A stretch of DNA of 64,000 nt from Patescibacteria group bacterium (GTDB lineage Bacteria > Patescibacteriota > Minisyncoccia > Phycocordibacterales > GCA-2747955), in NCBI GenBank assembly GCA_048538215.1, contig JBLYPV010000001.1, positions 254,196 through 318,195 on the forward strand. The letters run 5' to 3'. Numbering within the stretch: position 1 is the stretch's first letter; each line of letters opens with the position of its first letter. Shown here in pieces: positions 27,132-36,454 of the stretch. Below the pieces are notes generated by a model. The model did not search any database. It saw nothing but the letters and a program-made list of their open reading frames with translations, and was not told where the DNA came from. The position numbers were made by a program, and so were the translations under genes.

Positions 27132-28244
27132 TTGTCTGGTATAATGGATACACTATCAGTAATTAAGATAATTATGGCACAAGATAATGAATTTGATTTT
27201 ATTGGGATTGGTGATGTGGTGACAGATGCTTTTGTAGATTTAGACTCAGTGTCTATTTTTGACAGAGATGTTGTACTTCCTAATACAAGTGGTTCTGATT
27301 TGATGTGTATGGCTTATGGCGACAAAATACCTTTTAATTGGCATAAGGTGATTGCAGGCGTGGGTAATGCTGCCAATGCTTCAGTGGCTGCTACCCGACT
27401 TGGCTTGCGTACAGCTTATGTGTCTAACGTAGGAGATGATGAATATGGCAAAGGGCAGATTAAGGCGCTTGAAGATAATGGTGTAGATATGCGCTTTGTC
27501 TCTACTCACCCAGGAGAGCAATCAAATTATCATTATGTAATACTTCATAAAGCTGATCGTACTATTTTGGTCAAACATACTGAGTACGACTACGCTATGC
27601 CTGATATTGGCACTCCTCGTTGGATTTATCTCTCTTCATTGGCAGAAAATTCCCTTCCTCATCAATTAGAAATTGCCCAATATGTGCAGAGTCATCCAGG
27701 TATTGAAATGGCGTTTCAGCCAGGCACCTTCCAAATGAAGCTCGGGATTGAAAAACTCAAATCTGTATACGAAGCATCTACCCTATTCTTTTGTAATGTA
27801 GAAGAAGCCAAGCGCATCCTTTATGCTTATTTTGATGGATTAGAAAGTGAGGTGGAGAATATTGAAAAAGAAGATGGTCGTGCTCAGGCGGTGGTAACAT
27901 TACTGGAAAGAATGCATGAAGTGGGGCCGAAAATCCCTGTCATCACCGATGGGCCTCTTGGTGCTTACGCGCGTGATACCGATGGCGCGGTATACTACTG
28001 CCCTATGTATCCCGACCCAAAACCACCAATTGACCGTACTGGTGCTGGCGATAGCTTTTCTTCTACCTTTACTGCTATTTATGCCGAAAGTGGTAGTGTA
28101 AAAGAAGCTCTGCTGATTGGCCCTATCAATAGTATGAATGTGGTGCAATTTGTAGGAGCACAAGAGGGCTTGCAAGACCGAGCCACCATCGATGGACATC
28201 TTAAAAATGCACCCGATTACTATAAAATAAGTAAAATAAATTAG
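27132..28244 (+). CDS. PfkB-family carbohydrate/nucleoside kinase
   Basis: GxGD...DRTGAGDSFSSTF signature of the ribokinase/PfkB family. Confidence 0.8.
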   Translation: MSGIMDTLSVIKIIMAQDNEFDFIGIGDVVTDAFVDLDSVSIFDRDVVLPNTSGSDLMCMAYGDKIPFNWHKVIAGVGNAANASVAATRLGLRTAYVSNVGDDEYGKGQIKALEDNGVDMRFVSTHPGEQSNYHYVILHKADRTILVKHTEYDYAMPDIGTPRWIYLSSLAENSLPHQLEIAQYVQSHPGIEMAFQPGTFQMKLGIEKLKSVYEASTLFFCNVEEAKRILYAYFDGLESEVENIEKEDGRAQAVVTLLERMHEVGPKIPVITDGPLGAYARDTDGAVYYCPMYPDPKPPIDRTGAGDSFSSTFTAIYAESGSVKEALLIGPINSMNVVQFVGAQEGLQDRATIDGHLKNAPDYYKISKIN

Positions 28245-28258
28245 ATTATTTGCAAAGA

Positions 28259-28287
28259 AGAGCCGGCGCGTAAGCGCCGGCTTTTTC
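28259..28287 (+). terminator. rho-independent terminator (AGCCGGCGC-GTAA-GCGCCGGCT + TTTTT)
   Basis: GC hairpin plus T run after the kinase gene. Confidence 0.8.
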
Positions 28288-28305
28288 AAAATATACTCCC
28301 AAAAT

Positions 28306-28677
28306 TCACCCTATAGCTAAGCCATAAAATGGAGGATCATACCCTATGTGATATCTATCAAATAGGGTATTAGCAAATTCTATGCGTTGTAATTTGCTTC
28401 CCTCGCTGGATTTGCTGTGCCAAGCTCTTTCATCATAGAGAAACACTTCTTTACACACGGTATTCCAGAAATCTTCAAAAGTTTGTCGTGAGCCAAAATC
28501 TTTGACTCGAACGAGCTCCTGCCCAAACCAGAATGGGATGCTCCACTGCGCACGATTGTCGGGAGTATTCGTGAATTGCAAGATCATTCTTCCTCTCCTT
28601 ATTTTGATTTGCAAGCAAAAGCCCGAGCTTGCTGCTCGGGCTTGCTTTGGCGCTGTTATGAAATTTAGACAAAGCAA
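28306..28677 (-). CDS. hypothetical protein (likely 93 aa from internal Met MILQFTN...)
   Basis: ORF; no family assignment. Confidence 0.4.
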   Translation of the reverse strand: MLCLNFITAPKQARAASSGFCLQIKIRRGRMILQFTNTPDNRAQWSIPFWFGQELVRVKDFGSRQTFEDFWNTVCKEVFLYDERAWHSKSSEGSKLQRIEFANTLFDRYHIGYDPPFYGLAIG

Positions 28678-28819
28678 ACACGACCAGCCAAATGGTGGCG
28701 AATAATACTAATAATAATGTTTGTTCTCTGTCGCATAGAAAAAATATAACATAAGATAAAACAAAGAAAAAGTCCCAGGCACATCAGCGCGCCCGGGACC
28801 AAAATCGAGATAGAGGTCG

Positions 28820-29227
28820 TCACATGCAGGCACCCCCAGGGGTGCTTATTATGGGTTCTCCCGTCCGCCGAACCTCGCTCGGAATCCGATGCTTTTCGAG
28901 CTTATGCCTAATAATCACATCGTGCAGGTTTTTAAACACCTGATTGGCACTTTGCGCCCCATGAAAGGCTCGCTCGGCGATCTGGACCGCTTCGTATGTT
29001 GGTCCAAATTCCTCATAAGAGTGCCGCAACACTTCTTTCAAGATCGCGACCTCATCGTATTTCCATGCCCACCGCGTATAACCCTCGCAGGCACCAAATG
29101 CGCCACGATACTTACGGGTTATACGGTGCACCATACGCATCGTTGGATTGGTGAATCCAATTGCCCGAAGGGCGTCTTTCACCTGTTCCCTGGTTTCCAT
29201 CATGCCTCTTCCTCCTCTAATGATCAT
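28820..29227 (-). CDS. hypothetical protein, GC-rich (foreign) gene
   Basis: About 58% GC ORF in AT-rich genome; no recognisable family. Confidence 0.5.
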   Translation of the reverse strand: MIIRGGRGMMETREQVKDALRAIGFTNPTMRMVHRITRKYRGAFGACEGYTRWAWKYDEVAILKEVLRHSYEEFGPTYEAVQIAERAFHGAQSANQVFKNLHDVIIRHKLEKHRIPSEVRRTGEPIISTPGGACM

Positions 29228-29305
29228 CTACTTGCCTGCCAGCTGATCCTGGTAAGCAAGATAAATGTCCCAACGCTACTTTCCGATAAGTAGCGTTGGG
29301 AAATT

Positions 29306-29650
29306 TCAAACACGGACTGCTCCAATACCTTGGGCTTCCCCATCATTTCCCGGCGGATTGAGCAAGCGGTGCAACCTATCCATGACTTCAAGGCTCGGCT
29401 TTGACCCTGGGAAAAAATATTTCCGATTGGTCAGGCTACCCTCGAAGCCAATTTTGGAAAGAATTCGCCCTTCAAGCTCCTTTTGGCCTATACCACTTGC
29501 CCATACTCTTGTGTTCTCCACAAAATATATGTTTTGGTCATCAAGTACACAAGACCATGTCCAACGAGCTTTGCCCTGAGGCTTAGGTGGGAAACATCGC
29601 ACTCGATATTCGTCTATAAAATATGTCTTATCTTTCATTGTACCCTCCAT
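29306..29650 (-). CDS. hypothetical protein (114 aa) in GC-rich island
   Basis: ORF; no recognisable family. Confidence 0.45.
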   Translation of the reverse strand: MEGTMKDKTYFIDEYRVRCFPPKPQGKARWTWSCVLDDQNIYFVENTRVWASGIGQKELEGRILSKIGFEGSLTNRKYFFPGSKPSLEVMDRLHRLLNPPGNDGEAQGIGAVRV

Positions 29651-29882
29651 ATTTTAAAATTACAGTGTGTTTATCTACCTATACCTATTGGCTACAAAAA
29701 ACAAAGAGTCCGCTCTTTCGAGTGGACTCTTTGCTGGGTATCTTGGGTATATATGAGAAGCTACACAGTAAACAATCCACTCGACTTGGTAAGTAGGAGT
29801 ACCACAAGAATATTGAGTAGATTGTTGTTTGTATGCCTATGCATATACTGAAAATAACATAAAATTATATCCCCCGCAATCA

Positions 29883-29903
29883 CTTAGGGACCGGGTCCCT
29901 AAG
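29883..29903. repeat. REP palindrome copy 2 (CTTAGGGACCGGGTCCCTAAG), 3 nt downstream of RAYT stop
   Basis: Perfect 10-1-10 palindrome identical to the copy at 143. Confidence 0.85.
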
Positions 29904-29905
29904 TG

Positions 29906-30571
29906 TTATTCAATTAGAATGTCTACAAGCTCACTCTTCTGTCTATTATTTCGCTCTCTGTTGCGTGCCTCTATTGTTTCTCCCAATATATCTTGAGAAT
30001 ATGTATCGTATTGTTTACACGAACCTCCTATAAAACTCAAAGCTTCAGCGTGTAAAATATTTAACCCATTCATGGCTTGCCCATTTTTTAACTCTTGGAT
30101 GCTCGACTTAGGGACCGGGTCCCTAAGTTGGTGTACTAGATGATTTTGATGAACATACGCAAGTATTGATGTTAGATAATTTTCATTATCTATATGTTTC
30201 CTCTTAAACCTACCTTGGAACAATGATCCCGACCTATCATACTTAGCATTAAAATAAGCAGAATATCCCCCACCAACTGCTTTCATAAATTTTGATATTC
30301 CATCATCTACCCTTTGTCTTACAACTAAATGAAAATGATTAGGTAATAAATTGTACGCTAATATATCAACTACAGGATCTGATATTTGATTTATTTTATT
30401 AGCAAAGGAAATTGCATATAAACTTTGAATATTCTTTACTGAATTAAAATATTTTAAACCATCTAAAAAACGTAAGTAATCCCCTCTATCTTCAAAAATA
30501 ATCCTCTTGTCGGTTCCTCTATTATATATGTGATAAATCTCACCTGTTTTGCATAAGATATTCTTCCTCAT
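29906..30571 (-). mobile_element. REP-associated tyrosine transposase (RAYT; IS200/IS605-like HuH Y1 transposase)
   Basis: YHIYNRG N-terminal motif, HuH motif NHFHLVV, GRFKRKHIDNENYL...AYVHQNH catalytic-Tyr region; flanked by inverted REP palindromes. Confidence 0.8.
30106..30128. repeat. REP palindrome copy 3, embedded in-frame inside the RAYT coding sequence (encodes HQLRDPVPKS)
   Basis: ACTTAGGGACCGGGTCCCTAAGT identical to the intergenic copies. Confidence 0.8.
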
Positions 30572-30605
30572 ACATCTAATATATTATCATACGTATATTT
30601 TGAAT

Positions 30606-30628
30606 TACTTAGGGACCCGGTCCCTAAG
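30606..30628. repeat. REP palindrome copy 4, inverted orientation (central C instead of G), 35 nt upstream of RAYT start
   Basis: ACTTAGGGACCCGGTCCCTAAGT. Confidence 0.85.
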
Positions 30629-30632
30629 TGGT

Positions 30633-31400
30633 TTATTGGGTAAGGATTTCTGGGCCAGCTTTGGTGACGAGGACTGTCTCTTCAAATTGAGCTGTGTTAC
30701 TCCCATCACGGGTACTAAATAGCCACCCATCACCATCTAGCTTGACGCGCCAATCACCTGCGGTAACAATAGGCTCAATAGCGAGCACCATTCCTTCCTT
30801 AATTTTATCTTTAAAGCCTGATTGGGCAAAATTGGGAATAAAAGGCAACATATGAATTTTTTTGCCCACCCCATGCCCTCCCAGCTCTCGTACTGTATTA
30901 AATCCATGTAATTGTGCAGTCTTTTCCGCTGCTTTGCCAATATCATCTACTGTATTGCCTACTTGGGCAGCACGAATAGCAGCGTCGGTTGTATCTCTCG
31001 CTGCCTTTATGAGGGCTTGATTCTCTTTCGATAGCTTGCCTGCTCCCCACGTACGACAGATATCGACAAATATTCCTTGATATTTCATTACTACATCTAC
31101 TGATACTACGTCACCCTCTTGTAGCACATACTGATTCTTGTAAGCGATACCATGCACTACCCCATCATTTATCGAAATACAGGCAGCTGATGGAAAAGGA
31201 TAGGGCGACTCGGGGATAGAATAGCCAATGGTGGCTGATTCACCGCCACAATCGGCTATAAGCTCGCGTACTTTCATTTCAATATCATGCACGCTAATGC
31301 CTGGCATAATGTACTCACCTAGTGTACGCATTAATTGAGCAAGGGCTTTTCCTCCTTCGCGTAAGCGTATAATTTCTTCTTTGGTGTAATATTCATTCAT
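30633..31400 (-). CDS. map: type I methionine aminopeptidase
   Basis: Pita-bread fold metal ligand pattern; position after adk in the ribosomal/secY operon. Confidence 0.9.
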   Translation of the reverse strand: MNEYYTKEEIIRLREGGKALAQLMRTLGEYIMPGISVHDIEMKVRELIADCGGESATIGYSIPESPYPFPSAACISINDGVVHGIAYKNQYVLQEGDVVSVDVVMKYQGIFVDICRTWGAGKLSKENQALIKAARDTTDAAIRAAQVGNTVDDIGKAAEKTAQLHGFNTVRELGGHGVGKKIHMLPFIPNFAQSGFKDKIKEGMVLAIEPIVTAGDWRVKLDGDGWLFSTRDGSNTAQFEETVLVTKAGPEILTQ

Positions 31401-31402
31401 AC

Positions 31403-32044
31403 TTATAGGCTAATTGCTTTTCGAATTGATTCTTCTACCTCTTCAATTGATTTCATTCCATCGATAATATGCACTGTATAATAATCACTATTAGTTTTGA
31501 AAAATTCGAGTGCTCGAATTGTCTCTTTTTCAAACCACTCGAGTCGATTACGAATAATATTTATATCATCGTCACTTCTCCCTCGCTCTTGCATTCGATC
31601 CAAAACAACTTTATCCTCTACGTCTAAATAGAGCACTATAGGATTTTCTACTTGATAAAATCGCAATGCTCCATCAAGCACCCGCGCTTGACGCTTGGTA
31701 CGTGGAGTACCATCAAAGATAAAATTTCGTTTGCCATTATGATACTTGATAAGCTCGGCTGCTAAAAAATAATTTGCTAAAAAATCTGGCTGTAATCCAC
31801 CTTCTTGTGCAATATTGTTTGCCTTCTCGGCAGTATAATTACTTTCTCGTAAAAAATTTCGAAATGATTCTCCCATTTCAATTTCATATACATCAGCTCC
31901 TCTTTCTCTCAATACCCTTGATATTAATTCAACCTGGGTACCCTTACCTGAGCCAGACTTACCCATTACAACAATTGCTTGATTTTCCATTGCAATATTG
32001 TAGCACGAGAGTAATAAATCATTGAATATTTTGTACATTAGCAC
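31403..32044 (-). CDS. adk: adenylate kinase
   Basis: P-loop VMGKSGSGKGTQ, LID/NMP domains, position after secY; true start probably MENQAIVV. Confidence 0.85.
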   Translation of the reverse strand: MLMYKIFNDLLLSCYNIAMENQAIVVMGKSGSGKGTQVELISRVLRERGADVYEIEMGESFRNFLRESNYTAEKANNIAQEGGLQPDFLANYFLAAELIKYHNGKRNFIFDGTPRTKRQARVLDGALRFYQVENPIVLYLDVEDKVVLDRMQERGRSDDDINIIRNRLEWFEKETIRALEFFKTNSDYYTVHIIDGMKSIEEVEESIRKAISL

Positions 32045-32175
32045 ATAATAGCCCGCGATTAGTTTACATCCTCAAAAATTACTCCAAATATTCTAAATTT
32101 GAATCTACAAAAAATAACAAGATACAATCTTGTTATTTTTTGTACTAAAGATGAGCTCACTATTGTGGCGTAATT

Positions 32176-33456
32176 TTAGTATTCACGCATCGTGATCTGT
32201 GCTTCTATTTTTTTAATCAAATCCGTCAATACTGATACTACAATCAAGACCCCAGTACCTCCAATGGCAAGCGCTTGGTATCCGGTAATCCCTTGGATAA
32301 TGATCGGCAAGACTGCTACTACTCCCAAGAAAAGAGCACCAAAGAGGGTAATCTTCGTCATTACATCACCTAGATATGCTTCTGTTTGTCCACCAGGGCG
32401 GATTCCAGGCACAAAGGCACCTGATTTTTGCAAGCGCTCTGCTACAGTAGATGGATCGAAAGTAACCGCCGTGTAGAAATAGGTAAAGAGTACTACTAAA
32501 ATAAAGTATATGATACCGTACCATAAGGTGTTTGAGAGAAAAGCATTGATGGATTGTGCAAGATCCTGTATAGCAACACTATCAGCAGATGCCATAAATC
32601 CAGCAACCATTTGTGGAAAAATCATCACTGAAAGAGCGAAAATGATTGGAATTACACCAGCTTGATTAAGACGAAGTGGCATATAGCTCTGGACCACCCC
32701 TGCCTGCTTCCCTGCCCGACTCGAACGAGTATACTGCACAGGCACTGGGCGCTCTGCCTCGGTAATAAATACAATAGCTGCAATCACTACTACCGCAACT
32801 ACCACAAAGGCCAAGACGACTGGGATCTGAGAAGAATCAATCAGCACATTTTGATAGAGATTCCAAGCAGCTCCTGGAAGAGATGAAATAATACCGGCAA
32901 AAATTACCAACGATACTCCATTCCCAATACCAAATTCACTGATGAGCTCTCCTATCCACATCAACAAGACAGAGCCTGCTACTACAATGATTAGATTGGT
33001 CAATAAATCAAAAGTAGAAAGCCCTGGTAATACCCCCTGTGATTCTAAAAGCTTGAGCAAGCCAAATCCTTGTACCGCTGCTAGTGGCACTGAGAGTAAA
33101 CGAGAATACATAGCTATTTTCATCCGCCCTATCTCTCCTTCTTGAGTCTGAATCTCTTTTATTCGTGGTGACATCATCGTCAAGAGCTGCATAATAATTG
33201 CGGCTGTAATATAGGGCCCTACTCCAAGCATTACAATCGACATAGTGGACAGCCCACCGCCTGAAAAAATATCCAAAAGACTCAAAAAACCCCCCGTAGA
33301 TGACTCCATCAAAGATTTAAGCTCGAGTGCATCCACTCCAGGAATAGGAATATTTGCAAGCATCCGAAAAACCACTAGTGCTCCAAGCACAAAAAGAATT
33401 TTATTGCGTAATGATGTATCGGTCCAAATGAGTTTAAGTTTTTGTGTGAGATTCAT
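32176..33456 (-). CDS. secY: preprotein translocase subunit SecY
   Basis: 10-TM SecY topology; position after uL15. Confidence 0.95.
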   Translation of the reverse strand: MNLTQKLKLIWTDTSLRNKILFVLGALVVFRMLANIPIPGVDALELKSLMESSTGGFLSLLDIFSGGGLSTMSIVMLGVGPYITAAIIMQLLTMMSPRIKEIQTQEGEIGRMKIAMYSRLLSVPLAAVQGFGLLKLLESQGVLPGLSTFDLLTNLIIVVAGSVLLMWIGELISEFGIGNGVSLVIFAGIISSLPGAAWNLYQNVLIDSSQIPVVLAFVVVAVVVIAAIVFITEAERPVPVQYTRSSRAGKQAGVVQSYMPLRLNQAGVIPIIFALSVMIFPQMVAGFMASADSVAIQDLAQSINAFLSNTLWYGIIYFILVVLFTYFYTAVTFDPSTVAERLQKSGAFVPGIRPGGQTEAYLGDVMTKITLFGALFLGVVAVLPIIIQGITGYQALAIGGTGVLIVVSVLTDLIKKIEAQITMREY

Positions 33457-33461
33457 ACACT

Positions 33462-33947
33462 TTATTTTACACTACCTCCTGCCTCTTCGATAGCTTGTTG
33501 GGCAGATTCTGAAATTTTACATCCATAGACCTTTACTGCTGTGGCAATATTTCCATTATTGAGAATTTTCACCTCTTGCCCACTTTTGGGTGTGCTAATA
33601 AGATTTTTACGCTGTAAACTTTTTGGGCTTACTACTTCTCCTGCACTAAAATGTGCATCAATCGTAGAGAGATCTACCACGAGAGCATTTTGTACTAAAT
33701 CTCGGGCGCGATTACCATGCACTCCGTGTCCACGAAGCTTAGGAAGCTTCTTAATAATATCTCGAATGGCTGGACGCTTTGAATTACCTTGGCGTGCATT
33801 TTGCCCCTTCATTCCGCGTCCAGCTGTTTTGCCCCGCTTCCCCCCGCGTCCTACACGCTTGGGTGATTGTGAGCTTTTTGATCTACTTAAATCATGTACT
33901 TGCATAAGCTTTAAATTAAGATACCACTGCTTACTTCTTGTACGCAA
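33462..33947 (-). CDS. rplO: 50S ribosomal protein uL15
   Basis: Gly/Arg-rich GRGGKRGKTAGRGMKGQ motif. Confidence 0.9.
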   Translation of the reverse strand: MRTRSKQWYLNLKLMQVHDLSRSKSSQSPKRVGRGGKRGKTAGRGMKGQNARQGNSKRPAIRDIIKKLPKLRGHGVHGNRARDLVQNALVVDLSTIDAHFSAGEVVSPKSLQRKNLISTPKSGQEVKILNNGNIATAVKVYGCKISESAQQAIEEAGGSVK

Positions 33948-34623
33948 ATGGCTTGAGGGCTTCTAATGTGGCCTTGGCATTGTTAATATTACTCTTGCTT
34001 CTGCTTAGTAATTTTCCTCCTACTTCATCAATACCTGCCATTTCAAGGACTACTCGTACGGCACCTCCAGCAGCAAGACCTTTACCCCACACTGGGCGTA
34101 AAAGGACTGCCGAGGCCTTGTATTTTGCCTGAGTATCATAGGGGATCGAATTATTCTCGGTACGCTTTATATGTACCATATCTTTTTTCGCCATACGCAC
34201 AGCTTTGTCAATCGCCATAGCGGTATCCCCCGCTTTGCCGATCCCAAAGCCGACGCGTCCTTTTTTATCACCAATAACAACAGCAGCGGAGAAAGAAAAT
34301 CGTCGTCCTCCTGCCATCACACGGGTCACCCGACGAAGTGAGATAATCTTTTGGTCAAATTCGCTCTTTTCTCGTCTAGGGCTTCGTCGTGGGCCACCTC
34401 TTCCTCGTCCACGAGCGGGGGCTCGAGATCGATCTCCACGCTCACTTCCTTTGGCACCATCGGAGCTAGTTGGGCTAGCATCCTTTGTGGTATCAACCTT
34501 CGAATCTTCTGTAGTCGGAGTCGCTTGCTTTGTTGCCTCTGGTGTTTGTACGGTAGTTTCAGTAGTATCTGGCGAAGCTCCGGTACCTTGTGTTTGTGTA
34601 TTGTTTTGTTCTTCTGTAGTCAT
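33931..34623 (-). CDS. rpsE: 30S ribosomal protein uS5 with about 70-aa T/P/S/E-rich N-terminal extension
   Basis: dsRBD and S5 C-terminal domain (VVIGDKKGRVGFGIGKA...); overlaps rplO start, so no rpmD between them. Confidence 0.9.
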   Translation of the reverse strand: MTTEEQNNTQTQGTGASPDTTETTVQTPEATKQATPTTEDSKVDTTKDASPTSSDGAKGSERGDRSRAPARGRGRGGPRRSPRREKSEFDQKIISLRRVTRVMAGGRRFSFSAAVVIGDKKGRVGFGIGKAGDTAMAIDKAVRMAKKDMVHIKRTENNSIPYDTQAKYKASAVLLRPVWGKGLAAGGAVRVVLEMAGIDEVGGKLLSRSKSNINNAKATLEALKPFAYKK

Positions 34624-34634
34624 AGTAGTATAAC

Positions 34635-34979
34635 TTAAAATACCAGCCCCCCTTCACGGGCACCATCTGCTAATGCTTTGATCCGGCCGGTATATAGATA
34701 CCCACCACGATCAAATACTACCTCGCTAATACTTGCTTGCTTTGCAAGCTCTGCAAGTTTCTTGCCTGCTTCAAAAGCTCGAGCCTGAAAGGTTTCACCC
34801 GAGCAATCCTTTGAGCTTACCGAAACAAGTGTGTGCCCGGCACTGTCATCAATGATCTGGGCACTAATATATCGATTAGATCGGTGAACGCACAGGCGAA
34901 GCTTGCTATCTTTGGTAGCAATAGCCCGGCGAACACGAGCGTGTCGACGAATTCTTTTTTGTTCTTTTAGTTGCGTCAT
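34635..34979 (-). CDS. rplR: 50S ribosomal protein uL18
   Basis: Conserved L18 sequence and operon position. Confidence 0.9.
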   Translation of the reverse strand: MTQLKEQKRIRRHARVRRAIATKDSKLRLCVHRSNRYISAQIIDDSAGHTLVSVSSKDCSGETFQARAFEAGKKLAELAKQASISEVVFDRGGYLYTGRIKALADGAREGGLVF

Positions 34980-35067
34980 ATTTTTTTCTTAAAACATCTA
35001 TGTATCGTTCTTTTGCAATCCATTGTCTAGTCGTACGCGAAACTTCTCCAATAATAATCTATACACA

Positions 35068-35601
35068 TTAGACAGATTTCTTACCCTGCTTACGTGTAAT
35101 AATCTCTCCCTGGTAGCGAATACCCTTTCCTTTATATGGCTCAGGCTTTTTCTTGCTACGCACCCGATTGGCAAATAAGCCAACCAGCTCTTTATCAATT
35201 CCACTGATAGTAATGGTGTTTTTCTCCACCCCCACCTCAAGTCCTTCAGGAACAGTAATTTCTACTGGGTGTGAAAATCCGACATTGAGCACGAGCTTGT
35301 TGCCTTGCATATCACATCGATATCCTACCCCCTCTACTGAGAGCACCTTTTGAAATTTAGTATTCACTCCCTCTACCATACTGCGCACAATGCTTGAGAC
35401 AGTCCCCCACATTGCATGTGCAAAATGGCTATCTGTCTTAGGGGTAAATTGTACTGTATTGTCTACCACGATAATATCCACCACATCTCGAAAAGTGCGT
35501 GAAAGATTACCTAATGGTCCAGTGACCTTCACATTAGCTCCATCCACGGCTACCGTAGTACCTGCGGGAATTTCTATGATTTGTTTTCCAATTCGACTCA
35601 T
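35068..35601 (-). CDS. rplF: 50S ribosomal protein uL6
   Basis: Two-domain L6 and operon position. Confidence 0.9.
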   Translation of the reverse strand: MSRIGKQIIEIPAGTTVAVDGANVKVTGPLGNLSRTFRDVVDIIVVDNTVQFTPKTDSHFAHAMWGTVSSIVRSMVEGVNTKFQKVLSVEGVGYRCDMQGNKLVLNVGFSHPVEITVPEGLEVGVEKNTITISGIDKELVGLFANRVRSKKKPEPYKGKGIRYQGEIITRKQGKKSV

Positions 35602-35612
35602 ACTACTTTATA

Positions 35613-36011
35613 TTACCAAATGGTGAATAATGCTTCGCCACCAATATGCTTATCCCGAGCTTCTTTCTCGGTCATAATCCCTTCAGGGGTAGAGATAATC
35701 ATATGTCCATGTCCATATTTGACAGGGCGAATTTTTCGGTAGCCAAGATAGCTACGCTTTGATAGGCGTGATACTCGCTTGGCTTTTGTGATTGCTGATC
35801 GACCTTGCGCGTCATAACGCAAAACTATTTCAAAATCACGCCGAACTCCATCTCCTACTTCCTTAAAGTCGGTGATGTACCCTAGCTTTTTTAAAACTAA
35901 AAGGATTTGTTTTTTGAATTTTGATGCCGGAACTTCTACGCGAGTTTTGCCAACCATGCTCGCATTACTAATCCCGGTCAACATATCTGCTATTGGATCA
36001 TTCATATGCAA
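35613..36011 (-). CDS. rpsH: 30S ribosomal protein uS8
   Basis: Conserved S8 and operon position. Confidence 0.9.
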   Translation of the reverse strand: MHMNDPIADMLTGISNASMVGKTRVEVPASKFKKQILLVLKKLGYITDFKEVGDGVRRDFEIVLRYDAQGRSAITKAKRVSRLSKRSYLGYRKIRPVKYGHGHMIISTPEGIMTEKEARDKHIGGEALFTIW

Positions 36012-36017
36012 GTGATA

Positions 36018-36203
36018 TTACCAAGATGATTTTTGAACACCTGGAATCAAGCCTTGGTTGGCCATCTCACGGAAACAGATTCGGCAGAGACCAAAATCAC
36101 GCATATACCCGTGCTTGCGACCACATTTAAAACAGCGACGCACTTCACGAGTAGAGAATTTTGGCTTTTTTTCTGATCGAGCTATTACCGATTTTTTGGC
36201 CAT
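36018..36203 (-). CDS. rpsZ: 30S ribosomal protein uS14 (type Z, zinc-binding)
   Basis: 61 aa with CxxC...CxxC (CFKCG...CRIC). Confidence 0.9.
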   Translation of the reverse strand: MAKKSVIARSEKKPKFSTREVRRCFKCGRKHGYMRDFGLCRICFREMANQGLIPGVQKSSW

Positions 36204-36329
36204 ACTAAGAAATATATACTACTAATTTAAGACTATCAGATGCTTCGCTCAATAGAGCGAGGCATAAGATGCGCAGAATAATAACAGATATAGCAAAAAT
36301 TCACAACTTTTACTAATAGAAAAATAAAG

Positions 36330-36373
36330 GCTGAAAAGATGCGGCGCCTTCGGCGCCGCATCTTTATTCTCAC
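36330..36373. terminator. terminator hairpin (AAGATGCGGCGCC-TTCG-GCGCCGCATCTT)
   Basis: 13-bp GC stem plus T run downstream of pilin gene. Confidence 0.75.
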
Positions 36374-36385
36374 TATATAATATCT

Positions 36386-36440
36386 ACACTATAGATTCCT
36401 CTCAGGCAGTCCCTGCGGGACTGCCTGAGAGGAATCTAGA
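36386..36440. terminator. second, 21-bp perfect hairpin (TAGATTCCTCTCAGGCAGTCCC-TGC-GGGACTGCCTGAGAGGAATCTA)
   Basis: Perfect long dyad between pilin gene end and ribosomal operon start. Confidence 0.7.
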
Positions 36441-36454
36441 CCCTTTCCGAAATG

